A DNA stretch of 32,000 bases from Ectothiorhodospiraceae bacterium (lineage in GTDB: Bacteria > Pseudomonadota > Gammaproteobacteria > Nitrococcales > AK92), in contig JAJUGG010000003.1 in the NCBI GenBank assembly GCA_029268285.1, positions 9,976 to 41,975 on the forward strand, written 5' to 3'. The translations under genes were made by a program, and so were the position numbers. This document shows positions 7,939 to 17,391 of the stretch, in pieces (the stretch's first letter is position 1; each line of letters opens with the position of its first letter). The notes beneath the pieces are model-generated. The model was given only the letters and a program-made list of their open reading frames with translations, made no database searches and was not told the origin of the DNA.

Positions 7939-9042
7939 CTATTCGATTCCCGTTTGTCGGGCTGCCGGAGTTCGATCTTTTTCGCTCAAACGCGTCAGCG
8001 CCCATTCGACGTGTTCGCGTACCAGTGCGGAGGGATGCGCGCGCCGGGCGTCAAGCGCGGTAACGGCTTCTGCCGTCGGCTCGCCGTTTCCCAGCGCCAC
8101 CGCGATATTGCGTAACCAGCGCTCATGGCCGAGGCGGCGGATGGCGCTGCCCTCGGTGCGAGCGAGAAAGGTTTTTTCATCCCAGGCAAAGAGTTCTATC
8201 AGGGATGCTTGATCCAGCCCGTGTCGGGGGTGGAAATCGGGTTCCGCCGTGGGTTGCGCGAACTTATTCCACGGGCAGACGGTCTGGCAGTCGTCGCAGC
8301 CGAAGATTCGATTCCCGATCAACGGGCGTAAGTCCAGTGGGATGGCGCCGTGCAGCTCGATCGTGAGATAGGAAATGCAGCGGCGGGCATCGAGCTGATA
8401 AGGGCCGACGATGGCTCGCGTCGGGCAGACTTCGAGGCAGGCGCGACAACTGCCGCAGTGGGCGCCGGCCTTTTCGTCCACGGGCAAGGGAAGGTCTGTG
8501 AACAGTTCGCCCAGGAAGAAATACGAGCCGGCTTGGCGATCGAGGAGCAGCGTGTGCTTGCCGATCCAGCCGAGTCCCGCGTTCTCCGCCAGCGCTTTCT
8601 CCAGTACCGGTGCGCTATCCACATAAACGCGATAGCCCATCGGCCCGGTAACGGATTCGATGCGCTCGGCCAGCTGCTTCAGGCGCTTACGCATCAGCTT
8701 GTGGTAGTCGCGGCCGACGGCGTAGCGCGAGACGAAGGCCGTGCCGGCTGCTTGCGGCTGCTCTTCGCGTGCCGGCATCTGTGGCGGCAGGTAGTCCATG
8801 CGCACCGAGATCACCCGCAGCGTGCCCGGGTGCAAGCGTTCTGGCCGGCTCCGCTTGACGCCGTGGCGCCCCATGTAGTGCATATCGCCCTGAAAGCCGA
8901 GGCGCAGCCAGCGTAATAGGTGCGCCTCATGAGTTCCGAGGTCGATCCCGGTGATGCCGGCCGCGGCGAAGCCGAGCTCTCGGGCCCAGGCCTTTATTTG
9001 GTCGGCTAACGCGCGCGATTCAGAGCGGTTCAGATCAGGCAT
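7939..9042 (-). CDS. queG: Epoxyqueuosine reductase
   Basis: Starting at ATG 9042 gives MPDLNRSESRALADQIKAWARELGF, which aligns with the E. coli QueG N-terminus. 4Fe-4S motifs CGSCRACLEVCPT and CDDCQTVCPWN are present. The track start at 9084 (GTG) would overlap nnr. Confidence 0.9.
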   Translation of the reverse strand: MPDLNRSESRALADQIKAWARELGFAAAGITGIDLGTHEAHLLRWLRLGFQGDMHYMGRHGVKRSRPERLHPGTLRVISVRMDYLPPQMPAREEQPQAAGTAFVSRYAVGRDYHKLMRKRLKQLAERIESVTGPMGYRVYVDSAPVLEKALAENAGLGWIGKHTLLLDRQAGSYFFLGELFTDLPLPVDEKAGAHCGSCRACLEVCPTRAIVGPYQLDARRCISYLTIELHGAIPLDLRPLIGNRIFGCDDCQTVCPWNKFAQPTAEPDFHPRHGLDQASLIELFAWDEKTFLARTEGSAIRRLGHERWLRNIAVALGNGEPTAEAVTALDARRAHPSALVREHVEWALTRLSEKDRTPAARQTGIE

Positions 9043-9074
9043 AAAACCATTGTAACCCGGTATACTTCTCCTCA

Positions 9075-10556
9075 ATGACAACACCGCAGCACTATCTGTA
9101 CTTGCCGGAACAGACGCGCGAACTCGACCGCATCGCGATCGAGGACTGTGGCGTGCCCGGTTACACCTTGATGCAACGTGCCGGAGCCGCTGCCTATGAG
9201 TTGTTGCGCAAGCGCTGGCCGGATGCGCGTCGGCTCGCGATCGTGTGCGGCGTCGGCAACAACGCGGGTGACGGCTACGTCATAGGCCGGTTGGCGTTGC
9301 AGGACGGGTTTCATGTGGACCTGTTGGGTCTCGGTGACCCGGCCAAGCTGCGCGGCGATGCGCGTACCGCTCACGACGATTATCTCGCTGTGGGCGGAAG
9401 CGTTCTGGCATTCGACAGCCGCCAGCTCGCCAAGTGTGATGTCATCGTCGATGCCGTGTTCGGAACCGGGCTCGATCGTGAGGTCGAAGGTGCCTGGGCG
9501 GAGGCCGTGGCAGCCATAAATGCTACGGAGTGCCCGGTATTGGCGGTGGATATTCCTTCCGGCTTGCATGGCGCGCGCGGAACGGTGCTCGGGCACGCCG
9601 TGCACGCTGAGGTCACCGCCACTTTCATCGGGCGCAAGGCCGGCCTGTACACCGGCGCAGGGCCGGAGCATTGTGGCGAGATCGTGTTCTTTGACTTGGC
9701 CGTGCCCGCGGAGGTCTATACGCGCGTCGCGCCGTTCGCCCGCTTAACCGGGGACGAAGTGCGCGCGCCCTTGCGACGTCCTCGACCGCGTGGGGCGCAC
9801 AAAGGCCTGTTCGGGCATGTCCTGGTCGTCGGCGGCGATCATGGCATGGGTGGCGCCGTGCGCATGGCCGCTGAGGCCGCCGCCCGCGTTGGCGCCGGCC
9901 TGACCAGTGTCGCCACTCGCAGCGTGCACTGCGCCGGACTCCTGTCCGCGCGCCCCGAGCTTATGTGCCATGCGCTCGATAGCGCGCAAGACCTCGAGCC
10001 TTTGCTGGCGCGCGCCAGCGTGGTTGCCGTAGGCCCAGGTCTGGGCCGTTCGGCATGGGCGCGTGGGCTGCTTGAGGCCGTGCTGGCTTTCAAGGGGCCC
10101 TTGGTCGTCGATGCAGATGCGCTCAACTTGCTGAGTGAAGCGCCAAGGCGCAACGCCCGCTGGATTCTGACGCCCCATCCGGGCGAAGCTGCGCGGTTGC
10201 TGGGGTGTCGCGCCGCACAGGTGCAGGCGGATCGTTTCGCAGCGGCGGAGGCGTTGTGCAACCGCTATGGAGGCGTCGTCATTCTCAAGGGAGCGGGAAC
10301 CATCGTGCGCAGCGAATCGGGCGCAATACGGGTTGTAAGCGGAGGTAATCCTGGCATGGCGAGCGGCGGCATGGGCGACACCCTGACCGGCGTCGTCGCC
10401 GGCTTGCTGGCACAAGGACTCGATAGCGACGTCGCTGCGACAATGGGAGCTTACCTGCACGCCGCCGCCGGGGATCGAGCTGCGGCGGGGCAGGGCGAGC
10501 GCGGGCTCCTCGCTAGCGATCTCCTGCCGCATCTGCGACGGTTGGTGAATCCATGA
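9075..10556 (+). CDS. nnr: Bifunctional NAD(P)H-hydrate repair enzyme (epimerase plus ADP-dependent dehydratase)
   Basis: 493 aa. The N-terminal YjeF_N region contains CGVGNNAGDGYV; the C-terminal carbohydrate-kinase region contains VLKGAGT and GGMGDTLTG. Confidence 0.93.
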   Translation: MTTPQHYLYLPEQTRELDRIAIEDCGVPGYTLMQRAGAAAYELLRKRWPDARRLAIVCGVGNNAGDGYVIGRLALQDGFHVDLLGLGDPAKLRGDARTAHDDYLAVGGSVLAFDSRQLAKCDVIVDAVFGTGLDREVEGAWAEAVAAINATECPVLAVDIPSGLHGARGTVLGHAVHAEVTATFIGRKAGLYTGAGPEHCGEIVFFDLAVPAEVYTRVAPFARLTGDEVRAPLRRPRPRGAHKGLFGHVLVVGGDHGMGGAVRMAAEAAARVGAGLTSVATRSVHCAGLLSARPELMCHALDSAQDLEPLLARASVVAVGPGLGRSAWARGLLEAVLAFKGPLVVDADALNLLSEAPRRNARWILTPHPGEAARLLGCRAAQVQADRFAAAEALCNRYGGVVILKGAGTIVRSESGAIRVVSGGNPGMASGGMGDTLTGVVAGLLAQGLDSDVAATMGAYLHAAAGDRAAAGQGERGLLASDLLPHLRRLVNP

Positions 10557-11011
10557 AAACCTTTCGCCTGGAACTGGCCGATAGCGAGGCGACCGAGCAG
10601 TTGGGCGCGCGTCTTGCGGAGCGCTTGCCGGACGCGCTAATCGTTTACCTGCACGGTGATCTGGGCGCGGGGAAGACCACGCTCGCGCGAGGTTTGCTGC
10701 GTGCGTTGGGCCATGAGGGCGCTGTCCGCAGCCCGACCTACACCCTGATCGAGCCCTACCGCGTCGGTGGGCACACCTTGTACCACCTGGACCTGTATCG
10801 GCTTGCCGACCCGGAGGAACTTGACTACCTCGGGCTTCGCGACTTTCTAGGCGAGCCTTGCGTGCTGCTGGTGGAGTGGCCGCAGCGCGGCGAGGGTATG
10901 CTGCCGGAGCCGGATTTGCACGTGCGCTTGGAGTACGCGGACACGTCACGGGTCGCCTTGCTTGAAGCGGCCAGCGAGCGCGGCGAGGCCTTCCTGGCCT
11001 CTGTCGCTTGA
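10553..11011 (+). CDS. tsaE: tRNA t6A37 biosynthesis ATPase TsaE
   Basis: 152 aa with LHGDLGAGKTTLARG, SPTYTL and HLDLYRL. The ATGA overlap with nnr and the nnr-tsaE-amiB order are conserved features. Confidence 0.9.
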   Translation: MKTFRLELADSEATEQLGARLAERLPDALIVYLHGDLGAGKTTLARGLLRALGHEGAVRSPTYTLIEPYRVGGHTLYHLDLYRLADPEELDYLGLRDFLGEPCVLLVEWPQRGEGMLPEPDLHVRLEYADTSRVALLEAASERGEAFLASVA

Positions 11012-11217
11012 GAGGCGTGCCTGCGAGTTCCCGTAGCAGCTTGAGAATACTCGAATTAGTTCTTAAACCAATCTTTAGGAAGTCGGTCTATCCTACTCAG
11101 TGAGTTCGCTTTTATTGAAATTAAAGCGAGCTTATGCGTTACTTAGAAGCAACGATCTAGCTGGCCCTCGAGACGAGGGCAGGCTGTCCCGAACACTAAT
11201 AATCCGGCGAGCAGCCC

Positions 11218-12492
11218 ATGGCACGTATCCTTTTCCTGTTGCTCGTCCTGTTCCCGCTCAGCGCCACTGCGGCCAGCGTCAACGGAATCCGCACCTGGGC
11301 CGGTCCGGACGAAACCCGAGTGGTGTTCGATCTCAGTGACACGGTCGAGCACACGCTTTTCAAACTAGACAACCCGCCTCGGGTCGTACTGGACTTCAAG
11401 TCCACCCGAATGGACCCCGCGTTGGTGCAGGGAAAGGGGCCTACCGGCCTGGTGCAGAAAATTCGCAGCGGCGCGCGCGATGGCAATGTCTTACGCGTGG
11501 TGCTCGATCTGTCCGATGATGCGCGCGCGCAGAGCTTTATGCTGCGGCCGAGCGGGAGCTACGGCTACCGACTGGTCGTCGATCTGGAGCAGGAAGGTCG
11601 CGCGACCGCCCCGGTCAAGCGCGCGGCCAAGCCCGAGGCGCGGCCGCTCATCATCGCCATCGACGCCGGGCACGGCGGCGAGGATCCAGGGGCCATCGGG
11701 CCGGGTGGCACATATGAAAAGCATATTGTGCTGGACGTGGCGAAAAAGCTTGCCCATCTCATCGAGCAAGAGCCCGGCATGGAGCCCTTGCTGATTCGCA
11801 CCGGCGACTACTATGTAGGGCTGCGGGCGCGGCGTGAGAAGGCGCGCGAGCACGGAGCGGACATATTCATTTCCCTGCACGCAGATGCCGTTCCGGCGCG
11901 TAGTGCCCGCGGCGGCTCGGTCTATACCCTCTCGCGCAACGGCGCTTCCACCGAGGCGGCGAGGCTGCTCGCGCAGCGCGAGAACTCGGCGGATTTGATC
12001 GGCGGCGTGTCGCTGGACGACAAGGAAGATCTGGTTGCCACTGTGCTGCTGGATCTGTCCCGCGCTGCGAACACCGAGTCCAGCATGCAGCTGGCATCCG
12101 CTATGCTCAAGCAACTCGGGACGGTCGGGCGCTTGCACAAGACCAGCGTAGAGCAGGCTGGGTTCGCGGTGCTGAAATCGCTAGACATGCCATCCGTTCT
12201 GGTGGAGCTAGCCTTTATTTCCAACCCACAGGAAGAGGCCTTGCTCAAGAACAGTTCGCACCAGTGGAAACTCGCGCGCGCTATCTTGTCGGGGGTGTTG
12301 GACTATCGTAATCGCTACATGCCCGCGGCAGCGCGTTATGCCGGTACGGCGACGCGCGAGCACGTAGTGCGGCGCGGCGATACTCTGAGCGGCATCGCCC
12401 AGAGCTATGACGTCAGTCTGGACGTGCTGCGCGCGGCCAACGGCTTGGCAGGCGATCACATCACCGTCGGCACCAAGCTGCGAATCCCCTGA
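11218..12492 (+). CDS. amiB: N-acetylmuramoyl-L-alanine amidase (AMIN + amidase_3 + C-terminal LysM)
   Basis: Signal peptide MARILFLLLVLFPLSATAAS; AMIN-like RVVFDL...VVLDF; catalytic AIDAGHGGEDPGA and SLHADA; LysM HVVRRGDTLSGIAQSYDVSLDVLRAANGL. The symbol is assigned from tsaE-amiB-mutL synteny. Confidence 0.88.
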   Translation: MARILFLLLVLFPLSATAASVNGIRTWAGPDETRVVFDLSDTVEHTLFKLDNPPRVVLDFKSTRMDPALVQGKGPTGLVQKIRSGARDGNVLRVVLDLSDDARAQSFMLRPSGSYGYRLVVDLEQEGRATAPVKRAAKPEARPLIIAIDAGHGGEDPGAIGPGGTYEKHIVLDVAKKLAHLIEQEPGMEPLLIRTGDYYVGLRARREKAREHGADIFISLHADAVPARSARGGSVYTLSRNGASTEAARLLAQRENSADLIGGVSLDDKEDLVATVLLDLSRAANTESSMQLASAMLKQLGTVGRLHKTSVEQAGFAVLKSLDMPSVLVELAFISNPQEEALLKNSSHQWKLARAILSGVLDYRNRYMPAAARYAGTATREHVVRRGDTLSGIAQSYDVSLDVLRAANGLAGDHITVGTKLRIP

Positions 12493-12748
12493 GAGCCTAT
12501 CCGAGCAGCTCTGCGCTACTGCGGCGGCATGGGATCGGCTTCAGCCCGCGCTCGACCCGCTCTCCCTTCACGGCGATCGGGGTTGTTCGAATAGGCTCTA
12601 AGGCGGCCACGTGGGTAGGCGACCTTCCGGCGCCTTGCCCTGAATCATCCGCGGAGAGGTCTAGCGCGCTCGCCGAAAGCCAAGCTGGGCGACTGGCCGC
12701 GGCGACGGGTCTTCCGTCATAATGTGGCGTTCATCCAGCGATTGAAGC

Positions 12749-14614
12749 ATGCTCATGCCCGCGCCGCGTATCCAACAACTCCCGCCTCATCTGGTCAACC
12801 AGATTGCCGCCGGCGAGATCATCGAGCGGCCGGCTTCCGTAGTGAAGGAGCTGGTCGAGAATAGCCTCGATGCCGGGGCTACCCGAGTCGAAATCACTAT
12901 CGAGGCCGGAGGCAAGCGCCTGATCCGCGTCCGCGACGACGGCCACGGCATTGAGCTGGACGACTTGCCCCTAGCCATGTCTCGGCATGCGACGAGCAAG
13001 ATTCGCGAGCTCGATGACCTGGAACGTGTCGCCAGCCTGGGGTTTCGCGGCGAGGCTTTGCCGAGCATAGGCTCGGTGTCCCGGATGACCGTGACCACGC
13101 GCGTTGAAACCGAAGAGCGTGGCTATCGTGTCGAGCTGCTCGGGAGCGGCCTGTTACCCGAGCCGCGTCCGGCGGCCCATCCGCGCGGCACGACCATAGA
13201 AATTCGGGATCTATTCTATAACACGCCGGCGCGGCGGAAGTTCCTGCGCGCCGACCGCACCGAGTTCCAGCACGTGCAGGAGTTGGTGAAGCGCATGGCG
13301 CTTAGCCGCTTCGACGTCGCCTTTACGTTGATCCACAATGATAAGGCCGTCATCCAAAGCCCGGCCGCTCGCACCGAGCCCGAGCGTCAGGCGCGGGTAG
13401 CGGCCTTGCTCGGCAACGGGTTCGTCGAGCAAAGCCTTTATGTGGAAGCGGATACCGCCGGCCTGAAAATCAGCGGCTGGCTGGCGCTGCCGACCTACGC
13501 CCGTGCGCAGTCGGATCTGCAGTACCTCTACATCAACGGCCGTATGGTCAGGGACCGCCTGGCCGCGCACGCGATTCGGCGTGCCTACGCCGATGTGCTG
13601 TTCAAGAACCGCTATCCGGCTTACGTGCTGTATCTCGACATCGACCCGCGTCAGGTCGACGTCAATGTGCACCCGACTAAGCACGAAGTGCGGTTCCGCG
13701 ACGGCCGAACGATCTACGACTTCCTCTTTCGGCGCCTGCACCGGGCACTCGAGGAGATGCGCCCGAACAGCGATGCCGACCAGCAGCCTGCGCCGCCGGC
13801 GCCGCGTCCGCGCGAGGATACGACTGCCGGTGCCTGGGCGCCTATCCATCAGCCCGCCTTGTCGCTGCCCACGCGAGAAGCGCCGCCAGCGTATACCGCG
13901 GTGGCGGTGCCGCAACAGGTCGAGGCCTATCGCCTGGAAGCCGCGGTCGCCGACCTGCGGCCCGCGGTCGAGCCGGCGCGGGAGCCGCGGCCTGCAGCCG
14001 CGGAAATCAGCGCAGCAGAGGGTGAAACCTGTCCGCCGCTGGGGTACGCGCTGGCACAGTTGCACGGGATCTACATCCTCGCGCAGAACGACAAGGGGCT
14101 GGTGCTGGTGGATATGCATGCCGCCCACGAGCGCATCGTTTACGAGCGCATGAAGCTTCAATTGCAGCGCGACGGCATCGCCTCGCAGCCCTTGCTGGTG
14201 CCGGTGGGGGTGGACGTCACGCCGGAAGAGGCGGATGCTGCCGAAGAGCATGCGCAGGCATTCAACACGCTCGGCTTCGAGGTCGACCGCGCCGGGCCGG
14301 ACAAGCTATTGGTACGGCGCGTGCCCGTGCTGCTGCGCGACTGGGATGCGGCCGGGCTGGTGCGGGACGTGCTCGGAGATTTGCGCGCAAACGGTAGCAG
14401 CGGACGACTGCAGCACGCGCTCAACCACGTGCTCGGCACGATAGGCTGCCACGGGTCGGTGCGCGCGCATCGACGCCTCACCTTGGCGGAAATGAACGCC
14501 CTATTGCGCGAGATGGAGCACACTCCGAACAGCGGGCAATGCAATCACGGTCGTCCCACATGGACGGCTTTGTCGATTGCTGAGCTGGATCGCCTATTCT
14601 TGAGGGGACAATGA
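12749..14614 (+). CDS. mutL: DNA mismatch repair protein MutL
   Basis: GHKL N-terminus [28 protein letters not shown], a Pro/Ala-rich linker and a C-terminal dimerisation domain. The start could equally be the in-frame ATG at 12755. Confidence 0.95.
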   Translation: MLMPAPRIQQLPPHLVNQIAAGEIIERPASVVKELVENSLDAGATRVEITIEAGGKRLIRVRDDGHGIELDDLPLAMSRHATSKIRELDDLERVASLGFRGEALPSIGSVSRMTVTTRVETEERGYRVELLGSGLLPEPRPAAHPRGTTIEIRDLFYNTPARRKFLRADRTEFQHVQELVKRMALSRFDVAFTLIHNDKAVIQSPAARTEPERQARVAALLGNGFVEQSLYVEADTAGLKISGWLALPTYARAQSDLQYLYINGRMVRDRLAAHAIRRAYADVLFKNRYPAYVLYLDIDPRQVDVNVHPTKHEVRFRDGRTIYDFLFRRLHRALEEMRPNSDADQQPAPPAPRPREDTTAGAWAPIHQPALSLPTREAPPAYTAVAVPQQVEAYRLEAAVADLRPAVEPAREPRPAAAEISAAEGETCPPLGYALAQLHGIYILAQNDKGLVLVDMHAAHERIVYERMKLQLQRDGIASQPLLVPVGVDVTPEEADAAEEHAQAFNTLGFEVDRAGPDKLLVRRVPVLLRDWDAAGLVRDVLGDLRANGSSGRLQHALNHVLGTIGCHGSVRAHRRLTLAEMNALLREMEHTPNSGQCNHGRPTWTALSIAELDRLFLRGQ

Positions 14615-15567
14615 GCGAGGTCGCGGCGCCGGGTGCCCGCCCGCCAGTGATTTTTCTCATGGGGCCGACGGCCTCTGGGAAGACGGCGGCAGCGGTCGAG
14701 ATCGTGCGGCATTTGCCGGTGGAGATTATCAGTGTCGATTCGGCGCTGATCTATCGCGGGATGAATATTGGAACGGCAAAACCAAGTCCCCATGTCCTAG
14801 CGCAGGCGCCACACCGCTTAATCGATATTTTGGAGCCCGGCGAGGCCTATTCGGCGGCGCGCTTTCGCGAGGATGCGTTACGAGAGATCGCCGATATTCA
14901 AGCGCACGGCCGCGTGCCACTTCTAGTGGGGGGTACCATGCTGTACTTCCGCGCTTTGCAGTACGGTTTGTCCGAGCTGCCGAAGGCCGACCCTGCCGTG
15001 CGAGCCCGCCTCGAGGAGGAGGTTCGGGAGCAGGGCTTGCAGGCGCTCCATGCGCGATTAGCGGAAGTGGATCCACAGGCGGCGGCGCGCATTCATGCCA
15101 ACGATCCGCAGCGAATTCTGCGTGCGCTCGAGGTATACGAGCTCGCGGGGCGGCCCATGAGTGAACTGATGGCGCGGGGGCGTGTAGAACCTTTTCCTTA
15201 TTCTGTTGCCAAATGGATCGTGGCGCCGCGTGACAGGAAGTGGCTCCATCAGCGCATCGAGGCGCGCTTTCGCCAGATGCTGCGGGAAGGATTTATTGAA
15301 GAAGTGCAGGCTCTGCGTGAGCGGGGTGATCTGGACCTGAGCAAGCCGTCCATGCGAGCGGTGGGATATCGCCAGGTTTGGGAGTATCTGGAAGGTCGCT
15401 ACGACTATGAAAAGATGGTCGAGCGGGGCATTATTGCAACGCGGCAATACGCTAAGCGTCAGATGACGTGGCTGCGCTCCGAGCAGGGGGCTAGTTGGTT
15501 CATGAGCGATGATCCCGAGCTTCCCGCGCTGTTGCTAAACAGGGCGGAAGCCCTGATGGGGCAATAG
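14611..15567 (+). CDS. miaA: tRNA dimethylallyltransferase
   Basis: P-loop [29 protein letters not shown] and GGTMLYF; ATGA overlap with mutL. Confidence 0.95.
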   Translation: MSEVAAPGARPPVIFLMGPTASGKTAAAVEIVRHLPVEIISVDSALIYRGMNIGTAKPSPHVLAQAPHRLIDILEPGEAYSAARFREDALREIADIQAHGRVPLLVGGTMLYFRALQYGLSELPKADPAVRARLEEEVREQGLQALHARLAEVDPQAAARIHANDPQRILRALEVYELAGRPMSELMARGRVEPFPYSVAKWIVAPRDRKWLHQRIEARFRQMLREGFIEEVQALRERGDLDLSKPSMRAVGYRQVWEYLEGRYDYEKMVERGIIATRQYAKRQMTWLRSEQGASWFMSDDPELPALLLNRAEALMGQ

Positions 15568-15707
15568 GTTATGGGGCTGGGTGCGTGTGCTAAGCTTCCA
15601 GACCTTTCAGGTAGCGCGTGGTCATCGCGCGGAAGCTGCGCCGGGCGAACGGTTGGGTGCCCGCCGAGAATAAAAATCAACCGAGATGTTGTGTAAGGAG
15701 TAGGCTA

Positions 15708-15959
15708 ATGGCCAAAGGGCAGTCGCTTCAAGAACCGTTTCTGAACGCTCTCCGCAAAGAGAAGATTCCGGTATCGATCTATTTGGTCAACGGGATCAAA
15801 TTGCAGGGGCAGATCGAATCTTTCGACCAGTTCGTGGTCTTACTGAAGAACAGCGTCAGTCAGATGGTGTACAAGCACGCCATCTCCACCATCGTACCGT
15901 CGCGCAACGTACGGCCTGCGGCCTCCGATGAGCGCGGCCAGGAGTTCGGTAATTTCTGA
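15708..15959 (+). CDS. hfq: RNA chaperone Hfq
   Basis: ATG 15708 is preceded by [70 protein letters not shown] carries the Sm1 and Sm2 motifs. 83 aa. Confidence 0.96.
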   Translation: MAKGQSLQEPFLNALRKEKIPVSIYLVNGIKLQGQIESFDQFVVLLKNSVSQMVYKHAISTIVPSRNVRPAASDERGQEFGNF

Positions 15960-17277
15960 GTTGAACCAAACGCCTACGACCACGGCAGCCGGCCTTTTCG
16001 AGCGTCCGACAGGCGGCGAGAAAGCTGTTGTGGTCCATCTGGATCTGGGTGAGATCGGCGCGGAGGAATCCATCGCCGAATTTATCGAATTGGCGGAATC
16101 GGCAGGTGCCGAAGTCCTCGAGACGTTCATCAGTCGGCGTAAAGCGCCTGATCCGCGTTACTTCATCGGTGCCGGCAAAGCCGAAGAGATTGCGACTTTC
16201 GTGCAGGGGCACGGCATCGAGGTGGTGTTGGTCAATCACGCCATCAGTCCCGCACAAGAGCGCAACCTCGAGCGGGTGTTCAAATGCCGGGTGCTCGATC
16301 GTACCGGATTGATTCTAGATATCTTCGCGCAGCGGGCTCGCTCCTTCGAGGGTAAGCTGCAGGTCGAGCTCGCGCAGTTGCGCCATATCGCGAGCCGGCT
16401 GGTCCGAGGCTGGTCGCACTTGGAGCGACAGAAAGGCGGCATCGGCCTGCGCGGCCCGGGTGAAACCCAGCTCGAAATGGACCGACGCATGCTCGGGCAG
16501 CGCATCAAGCAGCTCGAGCGCAGGCTCGTGAAGGTGCGACGTCAGCGTGAACAAGGTCGCCAAGCGAGACGTAAGCAAGAGCTGCCGGTGGTCGCGCTGG
16601 TCGGCTATACCAACGTTGGTAAATCGACCTTGTTCAACCGCGTTACAGCCGCGGAGGTGTACGCGGCCAACCAGCTGTTTGCGACCCTAGACACGACTTT
16701 GCGTCGGCTTGACCTCGACAACGGCCAGCCGGTGATCCTGGCGGACACGGTCGGCTTTATTCGCGATCTGCCGCATCACTTGGTTGCCGCTTTTCGCTCC
16801 ACTTTGGAGGAGGTCGCCGAGGCGGATTTACTGTTGCACGTCATCGACGCTTCCGACGACGAACGCGAGGAACACATCGCTCAGGTCGAAGAGGTTCTGA
16901 GCGAGATCGGAGCGGGCGAGGTGCCGACCCTGCGGGTATACAACAAGGTCGATCTCGTCGCGCGTGAGCCGAGCATCGGCTATGACGGCGACGGCCAACC
17001 GCAGGAAGTGTGGCTGTCGGCCGCCTCGGGCGAGGGCACCGAGCTCCTGGTCGAGGCGCTGGAGGCACGGCTGAGCGCCGGTCGCGTACGCGGCCGGGTC
17101 GTTCTTGCGCCGCAAGAGGGGCGCCTGCGTGCGCGCTTCTACGCGCTGGGCGAAGTATTGGACGAGCAGGTGACGGAAACCGGCGAGTCGGTCCTGGAGG
17201 TCGACCTGCCGCGGCGCGAGCTCGAGCGCCTATATCGCAGCGAAGGCCTGACGGCGCGCATCGAAGCGTCGGCCTGA
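15928..17277 (+). CDS. hflX: GTPase HflX (start ambiguous: ATG 15928 or TTG 15961)
   Basis: Collinear with E. coli HflX from [16 protein letters not shown] onward: [39 protein letters not shown] and NKVD. Confidence 0.93.
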   Translation: MSAARSSVISELNQTPTTTAAGLFERPTGGEKAVVVHLDLGEIGAEESIAEFIELAESAGAEVLETFISRRKAPDPRYFIGAGKAEEIATFVQGHGIEVVLVNHAISPAQERNLERVFKCRVLDRTGLILDIFAQRARSFEGKLQVELAQLRHIASRLVRGWSHLERQKGGIGLRGPGETQLEMDRRMLGQRIKQLERRLVKVRRQREQGRQARRKQELPVVALVGYTNVGKSTLFNRVTAAEVYAANQLFATLDTTLRRLDLDNGQPVILADTVGFIRDLPHHLVAAFRSTLEEVAEADLLLHVIDASDDEREEHIAQVEEVLSEIGAGEVPTLRVYNKVDLVAREPSIGYDGDGQPQEVWLSAASGEGTELLVEALEARLSAGRVRGRVVLAPQEGRLRARFYALGEVLDEQVTETGESVLEVDLPRRELERLYRSEGLTARIEASA

Positions 17278-17287
17278 GCCGCGCCGG

Positions 17288-17317
17288 AAGCCAAGGCGCG
17301 CCGGTGCGCCTTGGCTT
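17288..17317 (+). terminator. Strong hairpin between hflX and hflK (possible partial terminator or processing site)
   Basis: aagccaaggcgc (17288-17299) pairs with gcgccttggctt (17306-17317), loop gccggt. There is no clean U-tract downstream. Confidence 0.4.
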
Positions 17318-17391
17318 GTGCGTCCCGTGTCTTTAGAATCCACCACCTGACGCGACCACGATAATCGACGCGCGGACTCACGGAGAAAAGC

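Noticed and set aside
9744-10949. 401-aa minus-strand ORF antisense to nnr and tsaE
   Set aside because: Its composition is extremely Arg/Pro/Ala-rich, it spans a gene junction on the other strand, and it has no motifs. The sense-strand genes are unambiguous.
11100-11339. 79-aa ORF spanning the AT-rich tsaE-amiB spacer
   Set aside because: It overlaps the well-supported amiB start and signal peptide in another frame, has no SD and has a biased composition. It is more likely non-coding.
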